Shown here: positions 36,642-44,803 of the stretch, piece by piece
Numbering within the stretch: the stretch's first letter is position 1
Layout: every line of letters starts with the position of its first letter
Source of the DNA: Candidatus Sulfopaludibacter sp. SbA3
GTDB taxonomy: Bacteria; Acidobacteriota; Vicinamibacteria; Vicinamibacterales; UBA2999
Direction: 5' to 3'
Assembly: GCA_945903265.1 (NCBI GenBank)
Contig: CAMDNQ010000007.1
Coordinates: 26,111 to 90,110, forward strand
DNA length: 64,000 bases
Translations under genes and position numbers: made by a program
The notes under the pieces: generated by a model
What the model saw: only the letters and a program-made list of their open reading frames with translations
Told to the model about the DNA's origin: nothing
Database searches by the model: none

Positions 36642-36687
36642 GTGCCTGCACGTCCCGGCCGAGGCGGCCGCGCTTCAAAGGAGCATC

Positions 36688-37824
36688 ATGTCGCGTTTCA
36701 TCTTCACGTCTGAATCGGTGTCGGAAGGACACCCTGACAAGGTCTGCGATTACATCTCGGACTCGGTTCTCGATGCCTGCCTCGAGCAGGACCCCACGAG
36801 CCGCGTTGCGTGCGAGACCTTGTGCAAGAGCGACACGGTGGTGCTCGCCGGCGAGATCACGACCAAGGCCAAGCTCGATTTCGACAAGATCGTGCGGCAG
36901 GCGGTCAAGGAGATCGGCTACACCGACAAGACGGAGAAGTTCTGCGATACGACGCTGAAGCTGATCCCGATCATCACGCAGCAGTCGCCGCAGATTTCGC
37001 AGGGTGTGACCGCGTCGACGAGCCAGAGCGGCGATCAGGGCGCGGGTGACCAGGGCATCATGTTCGGCTACGCGACCGATGAATCCGCGGAGATGATGCC
37101 GCTGCCGATCCTGCTCGCCCACAAGCTGATGATTGGCCTCACCGAGGATCGCAAATCAGGCAAGGTCAGCTTCCTGCGCCCCGACAACAAGTCGCAGGTG
37201 TCGGTGGCCTACGAGGGAAACGACCCGAAGGCGGTCACCGCCGTCGTCGTCTCCACGCAGCACACGCCGGACGCCGACCAGAAGCGCATCACGCAGTACG
37301 TGCGCGAGGATCTCGGTCCGCGCATGCTCGGCCAGTGGTGGAACAAGGAGCTGTCGCTCTACGTGAATCCGACCGGTGACTTCAGCCACGGAGGGCCGGC
37401 GGCTGACGCCGGCGTCACAGGACGCAAGATCATCGTCGACACGTACGGCGGCTGGGGCCGCCACGGCGGCGGCGCGTTCAGCGGCAAGGACCCGTCAAAG
37501 GTCGATCGCAGCAGCGCGTACTTCTGCCGCTATGTGGCCAAGCAGGTCGTGGCGTCAGGGTTTGCGAAGAAGGCTGAAATTCAGGTCGGCTACGCGATCG
37601 GGATGGCGAAGCCGGTGTCAGTCAAGGTCGAAACGTTCGGCACGGGAGACGAGCGCGCCGCGGAGGAGTTCGTGATGAATGCCTTCGACTTCCGCCCGCG
37701 GGCGATCATCGAGCGGCTCAACCTGCTGCGCCCGATCTACCGGACCACGACCAATTACGGGCACTTCGGCCGGCCGGGGCTGCCGTGGGAAGCGGTCGAG
37801 AAGACCGCCGCGGTCGCCCGATAA
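36688..37824 (+). CDS. metK: S-adenosylmethionine synthetase
   Basis: MSRFIFTSESVSEGHPDKVCD, GAGDQGIMFGYA and GGGAFSGKDPSKVDRSAAY signature motifs. AAAGGAG Shine-Dalgarno. The track start at 36619 was rejected. Confidence 0.97.
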   Translation: MSRFIFTSESVSEGHPDKVCDYISDSVLDACLEQDPTSRVACETLCKSDTVVLAGEITTKAKLDFDKIVRQAVKEIGYTDKTEKFCDTTLKLIPIITQQSPQISQGVTASTSQSGDQGAGDQGIMFGYATDESAEMMPLPILLAHKLMIGLTEDRKSGKVSFLRPDNKSQVSVAYEGNDPKAVTAVVVSTQHTPDADQKRITQYVREDLGPRMLGQWWNKELSLYVNPTGDFSHGGPAADAGVTGRKIIVDTYGGWGRHGGGAFSGKDPSKVDRSSAYFCRYVAKQVVASGFAKKAEIQVGYAIGMAKPVSVKVETFGTGDERAAEEFVMNAFDFRPRAIIERLNLLRPIYRTTTNYGHFGRPGLPWEAVEKTAAVAR

Positions 37825-37835
37825 CATCACGCCTC

Positions 37836-37868
37836 GAGGCCCCGCCGTGCGTTCGCGCGGCGGGCCTC
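37836..37868. terminator. GC-rich hairpin between convergent metK and lipoprotein genes (possible bidirectional terminator; no U-tract)
   Basis: GAGGCCCCGCCG-tgcgttcgcg-CGGCGGGCCTC, an 11-bp stem with one bulged C. Confidence 0.35.
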
Positions 37869-37875
37869 TCCCCTC

Positions 37876-38376
37876 TTAAAACACTTCGTACCAGCGGCGC
37901 GTCCGGTCCGTAGCCAGCTGCTGGACGGCGCCGACCTGGGCAGCGACTGACGACGCCTGTCCCTCCGGCACACCTACCGAGCCAACCAGCGCCTGCACGT
38001 CGCTCTGCAGGGTCTCAATCTGACGCTCGCTCAACTCGCGGGCGGTCACCGCGACCCAGAAGTGGTGCGCGAGCTGTTGTGCAGCCTGCTCCGGAACGGT
38101 CCGGCCTGCCAGCGCCTCTGAGGTCTGCCGGGCGAGATCCATGACGGCGTCGTTCGCGTTCGTGCGCTTGTCCATCGTGTACCGGAGAAGGTCGTCGGTG
38201 AGATTCTTGGGGGCTTCCGGATCACTGCCCGATGCGATGCTCAGGATGTCGCGCGAGATGTCGCGAATTTCGCCCTGAGCGTCGGCATTCGGTGCCGGGA
38301 GATCACCGTCCGACTGGCGGCAGCCAGGCAGCACCAGAACCGCGGCGATCAGGACAACGCGAAATAGTGGTCTCAT
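37876..38376 (-). CDS. hypothetical lipoprotein
   Basis: Lipobox LVLPGC after a hydrophobic leader (MRPLFRVVLIAAVLVLPGC). No family recognised. Confidence 0.5.
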   Translation of the reverse strand: MRPLFRVVLIAAVLVLPGCRQSDGDLPAPNADAQGEIRDISRDILSIASGSDPEAPKNLTDDLLRYTMDKRTNANDAVMDLARQTSEALAGRTVPEQAAQQLAHHFWVAVTARELSERQIETLQSDVQALVGSVGVPEGQASSVAAQVGAVQQLATDRTRRWYEVF

Positions 38377-38425
38377 GCGATTCAGGTTGGCTTGACGGCC
38401 GCGATGCTGTCAAGAGCCGAGGCCT

Positions 38426-39508
38426 TCACCCTCTCGGCAGCGCCCTGATGCTGGCGGCCTTGACGATCGCCCAGGCGCGATCGCCGGGCTTCAAGCCCAG
38501 GCGGCGCCATGCGTCGCGGGTGACGAGCGCCGACAGCTTGAATCCGCAGTCGAGGCCGACGCGGACGAAGGCGCCCTGCATGGTTTCTGATCGGACCACC
38601 GCAGGCCACTGGTTCATGACGCTCGAATCGGCGACGTCGTGCCGCGCGATCACCACGTCTTCCGCGCGGATGCACAACGCCGCGTCGTGTCCCACCCCGG
38701 CCGGCGCCGCGGCCCGCACATCGCAGCCACCGATCACGACACGCGCCAGCCCCGCCTCGACGGACGCGATCCGTCCCATCACGACCGTATCCACGCCGAC
38801 GAGACGCGCGGCGGCCGGCGTCAGCGGTGCGTCAAACACCTCCTGTGTCGATCCGCTCTGAATGATGCGTCCTTCATCGAAGAGGACCGTGCGATCGGCG
38901 AGCGTCAGTGCGTCGGCGCGATCGTGGCTGACGATGTACGACGGGATGCCCAGCGTGCGGATCAGCGCCCCGAGCTCCTCCCGAAGTTCCTCGCCGGTTG
39001 GCCGGTCGACGGCCGAGAGCGGTTCGTCCAGGAAGAGAATCCGCGGCCTGCGGAACACCGCGCGTGCCAGCGCAACCCGTTGCTGCTGTCCGCCCGAGAG
39101 TTCGCCCGGGAGTCTCCGTTCGAGCCCGGTCAGCCGGAACATCTCGAGCAGTTCTGCCACCCGCGCGCCGGCGGCCTGCCGCGACAGGCCGTGAGCACCG
39201 AACCCCAGATTCCGTTCGACCGTCAGATGGGGAAAGAGCGCGTAGTCCTGAAAGAGCACGCCGACATGGCGGCGATCGGGCGGCAGGTGGATGCCACGCG
39301 CGGCGTCGAACCACACCTCCTCCGCAAACCGGATATGGCCGCGATGAGGCCGCTCGAGTCCCGCCAGACATCGAAGCACCGACGTCTTTCCCGACCCGGA
39401 AGCGCCCAGGAGCACGGTGATGCGCGGCTCGATCGGATCGTCCCAGCGGCAGATGACTTCGAAGCCAGAGGCGTAGCCGAACTCGATGTCGACGTCGAAC
39501 CGCGTCAC
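38426..39508 (-). CDS. modC: molybdate ABC transporter ATP-binding protein with C-terminal TOBE domain
   Basis: Walker A GASGSGKTS, signature LSGGQQQRVALAR, Walker B ILFLDEP, and a TOBE-like tail. The GTG start at 39508 overlaps the modB stop (GTGA). The upstream 80 codons of the track ORF were rejected. Confidence 0.85.
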   Translation of the reverse strand: MTRFDVDIEFGYASGFEVICRWDDPIEPRITVLLGASGSGKTSVLRCLAGLERPHRGHIRFAEEVWFDAARGIHLPPDRRHVGVLFQDYALFPHLTVERNLGFGAHGLSRQAAGARVAELLEMFRLTGLERRLPGELSGGQQQRVALARAVFRRPRILFLDEPLSAVDRPTGEELREELGALIRTLGIPSYIVSHDRADALTLADRTVLFDEGRIIQSGSTQEVFDAPLTPAAARLVGVDTVVMGRIASVEAGLARVVIGGCDVRAAAPAGVGHDAALCIRAEDVVIARHDVADSSVMNQWPAVVRSETMQGAFVRVGLDCGFKLSALVTRDAWRRLGLKPGDRAWAIVKAASIRALPRG

Positions 39509-40167
39509 AGTGTCGGCATCCGCCGCTGCAGCGAATACGTGACGGCCAGGACGCTGACCGCAAACACCAGCAGCATCAGCGACGCTTCGTTCGCACCCGC
39601 ATAGTCCAGCGCCTGGACGTCGTCGTAAATCGCCAGCGCAATGGTGCGCGTGACGCCGGGAATATTGCCGCCAACCATCAGCACGACGCCAAACTCGCCG
39701 ACGGTATGCGCGAACGCGAGGACGAGGCCCGCGAGCACCGCCGGCCACGACAGCGGAAGCACCACGGCTAAGAACGTGCGGGGACCGGATGCGCCCAGGC
39801 AGCGCGCCGCCTCAATGAGGCGCCGGTCGACGGCTGCGAAGCCCGCCACGAATGGACGGACCGCGAACGGCAGGTTGTAGACGACCGACGCGAGCAGAAT
39901 GCCGGTGAATGAAAACGGAATCGTCCCACCGGCGAGCTGCTCGTACAGGCGTCCGATGGCCGTGTTCGGCCCCGTCGACATCAGGAAGTAGAAGCCGAGA
40001 ACCGTTGGCGGGAGGAGGAGCGGAACCGCGACTGCTGCATCCACAAACGGCCGCCAGGCGCGCCGTGTTGTCGCCAGCCAGTACGCCAGCGGCAGTCCAA
40101 GAACCGCGAGGACCGCGGTCGTCAGCGCCGCAAGCCGCAGAGTGAGTCCGACCGCAACCCAGTCCAT
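39505..40167 (-). CDS. modB: molybdate ABC transporter permease
   Basis: 220 aa, multi-TM. EAA-loop IEAARCLGASGPRTFLAVVLPL. Confidence 0.85.
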   Translation of the reverse strand: MDWVAVGLTLRLAALTTAVLAVLGLPLAYWLATTRRAWRPFVDAAVAVPLLLPPTVLGFYFLMSTGPNTAIGRLYEQLAGGTIPFSFTGILLASVVYNLPFAVRPFVAGFAAVDRRLIEAARCLGASGPRTFLAVVLPLSWPAVLAGLVLAFAHTVGEFGVVLMVGGNIPGVTRTIALAIYDDVQALDYAGANEASLMLLVFAVSVLAVTYSLQRRMPTL

Positions 40168-40170
40168 CGG

Positions 40171-40971
40171 CTACTTCGACGAAGGCCCGAAGCCAAACCG
40201 GCGGAGGATTTCCTGGCCCTCGACGCCCGTCAGGAACTGCTGGAAGCGCACTGCCGCATCGCGAGAGGACGCCCAGGGAAGAATCAGGCCACCCTGTTCG
40301 ATGGGCGGGTGCATCGCCTCGGGAATATCCCAGTACCGGCCCAACCCGCGCATGGGCGTTGCGACCACGAGCGACTTGGCGATGATCCCGGCGTCGGCGG
40401 CGCCGCTTTCGACGAACTGGGCGGCCTGCGCCACGTTCTCCGCCAGCACGAGGCGGCGTTCTGCTGAGGCCCACACGCCGGCGTTCCTCATGGCCGCCTC
40501 GGCGGCGCGGCCGTAGGGCGCGTGCCGCGGATTCGCGATCGCGATCCGGGTGGCGCCGGTGAGGGCGCGAAGTCCCTCCCGCTCCACCGGCAGACGTGAC
40601 TGCTTCGGAACCCACAGGACGAGGCGGCCTCTCGCGTACCCAAACAGATCGCGTCGCGCCCCGATACCTTTCGACACCAGATCCTGCGGATAGGCGATAT
40701 CCGCGGACAGGTAGATGTCGTACGGCGCACGCTGCCGCAACTGCGCGTGGATCGTGCCGGACGATCCGTATGTCGGCTCGACGCGGACGCCGGGATGCGT
40801 CTGGCGGAACCTCGCGATCACGTCATCCAGCGCGAACTTGAGGTCCGCCGCGGCGGCCACGCGGACGAGCGAGACACCAGACGCCTGGCCCACCGCGACA
40901 TCCGCGCCCGGCGACGGAGTCGGCAAAAGGATCGGCCCGAGGACCAGCCACAGAAGAACGAGCGGAGTCAT
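40171..40971 (-). CDS. modA: molybdate ABC transporter periplasmic binding protein
   Basis: Signal peptide. VRVAAAADLKFAL...YGSSG... is typical of ModA. ATG 40971 is preferred over TTG 40983. Confidence 0.82.
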   Translation of the reverse strand: MTPLVLLWLVLGPILLPTPSPGADVAVGQASGVSLVRVAAAADLKFALDDVIARFRQTHPGVRVEPTYGSSGTIHAQLRQRAPYDIYLSADIAYPQDLVSKGIGARRDLFGYARGRLVLWVPKQSRLPVEREGLRALTGATRIAIANPRHAPYGRAAEAAMRNAGVWASAERRLVLAENVAQAAQFVESGAADAGIIAKSLVVATPMRGLGRYWDIPEAMHPPIEQGGLILPWASSRDAAVRFQQFLTGVEGQEILRRFGFGPSSK

Positions 40972-41021
40972 TACGATGATCAATTTAGTATGATTCGGTG
41001 CGATATGGAGTACGTTTTTAT

Positions 41022-41441
41022 ATGGCCTTAATCACTCCTCGTGCAGCCGCCGCCAGGCTGGGCGTCAGCTATTCCGCCTTCAAACAGTGGATCTACAAGG
41101 GCGCCGTGCGCACGGTGCGGACGAGCGGGGGCCACCACCGGGTCGCGGACGAGGAGATCGACCGGCTGCTCGCCTCACAGGGGAAGATGCCGCCGCAGCC
41201 GCGGGCGAAAAAACGCGTCCCGGGCGTGCTCGTCGCGCTCAGCGGGCGCAATCAGCTTCGGGGGATTGTCGAGGAAGTGCGCGTCGAAGGGTTGCTGGCA
41301 CAGGTGCGCATCCGCATCGGCGATCAGCGGCTCACCGCCGTCATCACCCGCGACGCCGTCGACGAGCTCCGCCTGAAGCGGGGTCAGCCGGCGCTGGCCG
41401 TGATCAAGTCGACCGAGGTGATGGTCGCGCGCGAGATGTAG
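41022..41441 (+). CDS. HTH (MerR/excisionase-type) plus TOBE/Mop-domain molybdate-responsive regulator
   Basis: N-terminal ITPRAAAARLGVSYSAFKQWIYKGAVRTVRTSGGHHRV. C-terminal TOBE LSGRNQLRGIVEEVRVEGLLAQVRIRIGDQRLTAVIT. Divergent from modABC. Confidence 0.72.
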   Translation: MALITPRAAAARLGVSYSAFKQWIYKGAVRTVRTSGGHHRVADEEIDRLLASQGKMPPQPRAKKRVPGVLVALSGRNQLRGIVEEVRVEGLLAQVRIRIGDQRLTAVITRDAVDELRLKRGQPALAVIKSTEVMVAREM

Positions 41442-42086
41442 TTATCGCTGCAGCGTCGCGAGGTGCACCTTCGCGACCGTGTGCATGTAACCCCCAGCGG
41501 CGGCAAACCGGCTGTCTGCAGCCGCCGTGATGTGCTCGAGGGCACGCGCCCGCTCTCCACGCGCTTCGGCAAACAACCCGAGATACAAGTGAGCGTAGAA
41601 CTGCGCGGAGGGCTCTGTTCCGGCCGACCGCAGCACGTCGGCCGGCGTCGCCCGGCCGCGAAACAGGTCGTACACCTGGCGCATCGGGACGCGCGCGTCC
41701 GGACCGACTGGAAGGAGCGCCGCCGTCGCGGCCGCGGGCGATTCGGCGCGCGCCACACACAGAAAATGCCATGTCGCGTTTTCGACGTCGTTCGGATTGA
41801 CGGTGCGGTGCAGCTCGAACTGCTTCCGGCAGTCGTCATACCGCCCGGCGTAATACAGGGCGATCCCGCGCTGCCAGAGCTCCGGAGCGATTTCGGGCCT
41901 GATCTTCACCAGCCGGTCGAACTCTTCGGCCGACTGGACGACGCGACCGGCTTCGAAGTGCGCGACCGCGCGCTGGTACACCTCCTGCGGCTGCTGCGCG
42001 TGTACCGGCGCACAAAGCAGACAGGCGACGGTCAGCGCCGCGATGGCCAGCGTCCTCAGCGTTCCTGTTCTATCAGCGCAGATCAA
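41442..42086 (-). CDS. secreted TPR-like (NlpI-like) repeat protein
   Basis: Signal-like LAIAALTVACLLCAPVHAQ. Helical repeats (YQRAVAHFEAGRVVQSAEEFDRLV, GIALYYAGRYDDCRKQFE). TTG start. Weak assignment. Confidence 0.45.
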   Translation of the reverse strand: MICADRTGTLRTLAIAALTVACLLCAPVHAQQPQEVYQRAVAHFEAGRVVQSAEEFDRLVKIRPEIAPELWQRGIALYYAGRYDDCRKQFELHRTVNPNDVENATWHFLCVARAESPAAATAALLPVGPDARVPMRQVYDLFRGRATPADVLRSAGTEPSAQFYAHLYLGLFAEARGERARALEHITAAADSRFAAAGGYMHTVAKVHLATLQR

Positions 42087-43299
42087 GAGCCACCAGCGTG
42101 TTCTCGTTGCGGACGAAGAGGTACCCGTCGGACAGCGCCGGATTCGCGCGTACGGTCGCCGGCAGGATCTGCGCGCGCGCCAGCGGCCGGAAGCGATCGG
42201 GCGACGCGGCCGCGAGAATGAGCTCGCCCGTTTCCTTCAGGATCACCAGCCGATTGGCCGCTGCGAGTACGGAGCCGGCGCGAAACTGGTCCTCGCTCCA
42301 GCGCACCGCGCCCGTGCGGAGATCGACAGCCCGGAAACTCGGATTGAACTCCTGCCGCCCGTGATAGCCGTAGAGATGGCCGTCGACGTGGACGCTCGTC
42401 GCGTAATGGTTCGACAGCGCGTCATCCGACGCCCACAGTTCCGTCAGCGTCCCGCCCTGAAGCCGCAGCACTCCCGCGCCTGGCCCGTACTGCGCCGACA
42501 CGAAAATCAAATCCCCGATGACGAGCGGCGTGGCGGCATTGACGGAGGAGGCCATGCGCGCGCGCCATGGGCGCTGAAACTCAATGGTGCCGGTGGCGGG
42601 GTCCAGGCCAAGCAGGCCCGCGCGCGTGAGAAACAGCGCAAACCGCCGGCCCGCGATCGTCGCGCCGGCTGCCGACGAGTAGCTCGCCTGATCGTTGGTC
42701 GCCGTCCAGAGAACCTTGCCGGTTTTCGCATCGAAGGCCACGACGCCGGCGCCCGGCCCGCCGATGTTGGCCAGGACGCGCCCGTCCTCGACGAGCGGCG
42801 ATCCCGCGGCGCCGAAAAATCCCTTCGGGACCTTGAAACGCCGCATCGTGTCCTCGCTCCAGAGCCGCGTCCCTTTCGCCAGGTCGAGCGCGTGGAGCTG
42901 CCCCTCGGCGCCGAACGTGTACACGGTGCCATTGGTGACGACAGGGACGGCGCGCGGACCCTCGTCGAAGCCGAAGTCATCGCGGTAGCCGGTCGCGTAG
43001 GCGTACCGCCACTGCGGGACGCCGGTGCGCGCATCAAGCGCCTCGACGACCTCCTCGTTGCCGACGCGGTGGAAGAGAATGACGCGCCCCTGTGCGACGA
43101 CCGGACCGCTGAAGCCCTGTCCGACCGACTTGCGCCACACAACTCGTGGGCCCTGCGCGCCCCAGCTGTCGGCGAGCGCCGGCCCGCTGTAGACGCCATT
43201 CCGCTCGGGGCCGAGGTGCTGTGGCCAGTCCTGGGCAGCCGCCCCCACGCCAGCGGCGAACACGATGGCGGCCGATATGTACGGGAGCAGGCGGCGCAT
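42073..43299 (-). CDS. PQQ-like (BamB-like) beta-propeller repeat protein
   Basis: Signal peptide MRRLLPYISAAIVFAAGVGAAAQDWPQ. Repeated motifs of the form G.v....dG.l.ALD..TG...W. ATG 43299 is preferred over TTG 43311. Confidence 0.75.
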   Translation of the reverse strand: MRRLLPYISAAIVFAAGVGAAAQDWPQHLGPERNGVYSGPALADSWGAQGPRVVWRKSVGQGFSGPVVAQGRVILFHRVGNEEVVEALDARTGVPQWRYAYATGYRDDFGFDEGPRAVPVVTNGTVYTFGAEGQLHALDLAKGTRLWSEDTMRRFKVPKGFFGAAGSPLVEDGRVLANIGGPGAGVVAFDAKTGKVLWTATNDQASYSSAAGATIAGRRFALFLTRAGLLGLDPATGTIEFQRPWRARMASSVNAATPLVIGDLIFVSAQYGPGAGVLRLQGGTLTELWASDDALSNHYATSVHVDGHLYGYHGRQEFNPSFRAVDLRTGAVRWSEDQFRAGSVLAAANRLVILKETGELILAAASPDRFRPLARAQILPATVRANPALSDGYLFVRNENTLVALDLR

Positions 43300-43407
43300 G
43301 GGGGGAGGCAATGCCGGTGTATGTTACGCCCGCCCGGGTCGCCCGCGGTTCCTCCGGCGGCACATCCTTGCGTGCGAGCCGGAAACTTTGATAGCCTGCA
43401 GACTCTG

Positions 43408-43485
43408 ATGTTCACCACCCTGCGCCACGCGCATCATCACCATCACGGCCACGCTGGCCGGTGGGGAGGACTGCGCACGCTGTAG
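43408..43485 (+). CDS. candidate his-operon leader peptide MFTTLRHAHHHHHGHAGRWGGLRTL
   Basis: 25 codons, 7 of them His, with five consecutive (cat cat cac cat cac at 43432-43446). Lies 34 nt upstream of an intrinsic terminator and 108 nt upstream of hisI. No Shine-Dalgarno seen. Confidence 0.6.
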   Translation: MFTTLRHAHHHHHGHAGRWGGLRTL

Positions 43486-43518
43486 GACGCTTCGAGCTAC
43501 ACAGGTAAACGCAGACGA

Positions 43519-43549
43519 GCCCCGCCGGAATTGAGTGGCGGGGTTTTTT
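43519..43549 (+). terminator. his attenuator terminator
   Basis: CCCCGCC (43520-43526) pairs with GGCGGGG (43537-43543) across a 10-nt loop, followed by T6 (43544-43549). The left arm can alternatively pair with CCGGUGGGG at 43458-43466. Confidence 0.72.
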
Positions 43550-43592
43550 ACGTACAGCGACTGTGAACCGGAAACGCGGAACTTGGAACGAT

Positions 43593-43919
43593 ATGGATTT
43601 CTCCAAACTTGACGGATTGATTCCCGCGGTGGTGCAGGACCACGTCAGCGGCGAGGTGTTGATGGTCGGCTTCATGAACCAGGAAGCCTGGGACATCACG
43701 CGGAAGACCGGCTACGTCACCTTCTTCAGCAGGACGCGGAACACCCTGTGGACCAAGGGCGAGACGTCGGGCAACCGTCTCGCGGTCCGCGACGTCCTCA
43801 TCGACTGCGACGACGACACGGTGCTCGTGAAGGCGGAGCGCCAGGGAGACGGCAACGTCTGCCACACGGGTGAGCGCACCTGCTTCTTTCAGCGCGCGGA
43901 GGGCGTGACGATTCCATGA
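43593..43919 (+). CDS. hisI: phosphoribosyl-AMP cyclohydrolase (monofunctional)
   Basis: [41 protein letters not shown] and [10 protein letters not shown]. Confidence 0.9.
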   Translation: MDFSKLDGLIPAVVQDHVSGEVLMVGFMNQEAWDITRKTGYVTFFSRTRNTLWTKGETSGNRLAVRDVLIDCDDDTVLVKAERQGDGNVCHTGERTCFFQRAEGVTIP

Positions 43920-44803
43920 AGCTCAAACTCGGTATCCCGAAGGGTTCGCTGCAGGACGCCACGATCCAGCTGTTCGCGCGCGCCGGCTTCAACCTCTACG
44001 TCAACTCGCGCTCGTACTTCCCGACGATCGACGATCCGGACATCGAGTGCATGCTGATCCGTGCGCAGGAAATGGCGCGCTACGTCTGCGACGGCGTGCT
44101 CGACGCCGGCCTGACCGGCCAGGACTGGATCGCCGAACACAAGCTGGGAGGCGAGACGAAACACCAGCTCACCAGCATCACGGATCTGATCTACGCGAAA
44201 CAGAGCTTCGGCAAGGTCCGCTGGGTGCTCGCCGCGCCAGAGGATTCGCGGTTCAAGACGCCGGCGGATTTCGCCGGGGCGACCATCGCCACCGAGCTTG
44301 TGCGCGTGACGAAAGCCTATTTCGAGAGGCTGAAGGTCCCCGTCGAAGTCGAATTCTCCTGGGGCGCCACCGAGGTCAAGCCCCCCGTGCTCGCCGACGG
44401 CATCGTCGAAGTCACCGAAACCGGCTCGAGCCTGCGCGCCAACAGGCTGCGGATTCTCGATACGGTCATGGAGTCGAACACGCAGCTGATTGCGAACGAC
44501 GCGGCGCTGGCCGACCCCTGGAAGAAGACGAAAATCGAGAACATCGCCTTGCTCCTTCGTGCGGCCATCGAAGCGCAGGGGCGGGTCGGAATGATGCTCA
44601 ACGTGAAACGCATCGATCTCGACAAGATTCTTGCGCTCCTTCCCGCGCTGCAGCGCCCCACCATTTCGTCGCTGAGCGATCCGGACTGGGTCGCGGTGAA
44701 CACGATCATCGAAGAGCGGACCGTGCGCGATCTGATTCCCCGGATGAAGGCCGCGGGCGGCCAGGGCATTGTCGAGTACCCACTGAACAAGATCGTTCTA
44801 TGA
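43916..44803 (+). CDS. hisG: ATP phosphoribosyltransferase (long form)
   Basis: [13 protein letters not shown]...RSYF...[16 protein letters not shown]. 295 aa including the C-terminal regulatory domain. ATGA overlap with hisI. Confidence 0.9.
   Translation: MKLKLGIPKGSLQDATIQLFARAGFNLYVNSRSYFPTIDDPDIECMLIRAQEMARYVCDGVLDAGLTGQDWIAEHKLGGETKHQLTSITDLIYAKQSFGKVRWVLAAPEDSRFKTPADFAGATIATELVRVTKAYFERLKVPVEVEFSWGATEVKPPVLADGIVEVTETGSSLRANRLRILDTVMESNTQLIANDAALADPWKKTKIENIALLLRAAIEAQGRVGMMLNVKRIDLDKILALLPALQRPTISSLSDPDWVAVNTIIEERTVRDLIPRMKAAGGQGIVEYPLNKIVL

Noticed and set aside
36508-36687. SAM-I riboswitch upstream of metK
   Set aside because: I could not find the SAM-I core elements (GAGGGA...GCCC...GCAACC...GUGCUAA-like junctions) by eye. 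It is kept only as an unclassified candidate leader and needs an Rfam scan.
40972-41021. ModE-type operator in the modA / regulator intergenic region
   Set aside because: The region is AT-rich with scattered TAT/ATA elements, but I could not identify a convincing dyad. The regulator is also not a classical ModE, so its site is unknown.
42043-43407. 480-aa plus-strand ORF (42043-43485) antisense to the PQQ-propeller gene
   Set aside because: Its composition is Arg/Ala/Pro junk opposite a well-supported propeller gene. Only its last 25 codons (43408-43485) are meaningful, and I call those separately as the His leader peptide.
44047-44799. Upstream extensions of track ORFs for hisD (from 44047), hisF (47793), hisA (48848), the MFS gene (50113), CrtI paralog 2 (24570), modC (39748) and bshB1 (63149)
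   Set aside because: Each extension overlaps the preceding, well-supported gene in a different frame. Conserved N-termini begin at internal ATG or GTG codons that form 1-7 nt overlaps with the upstream stop.
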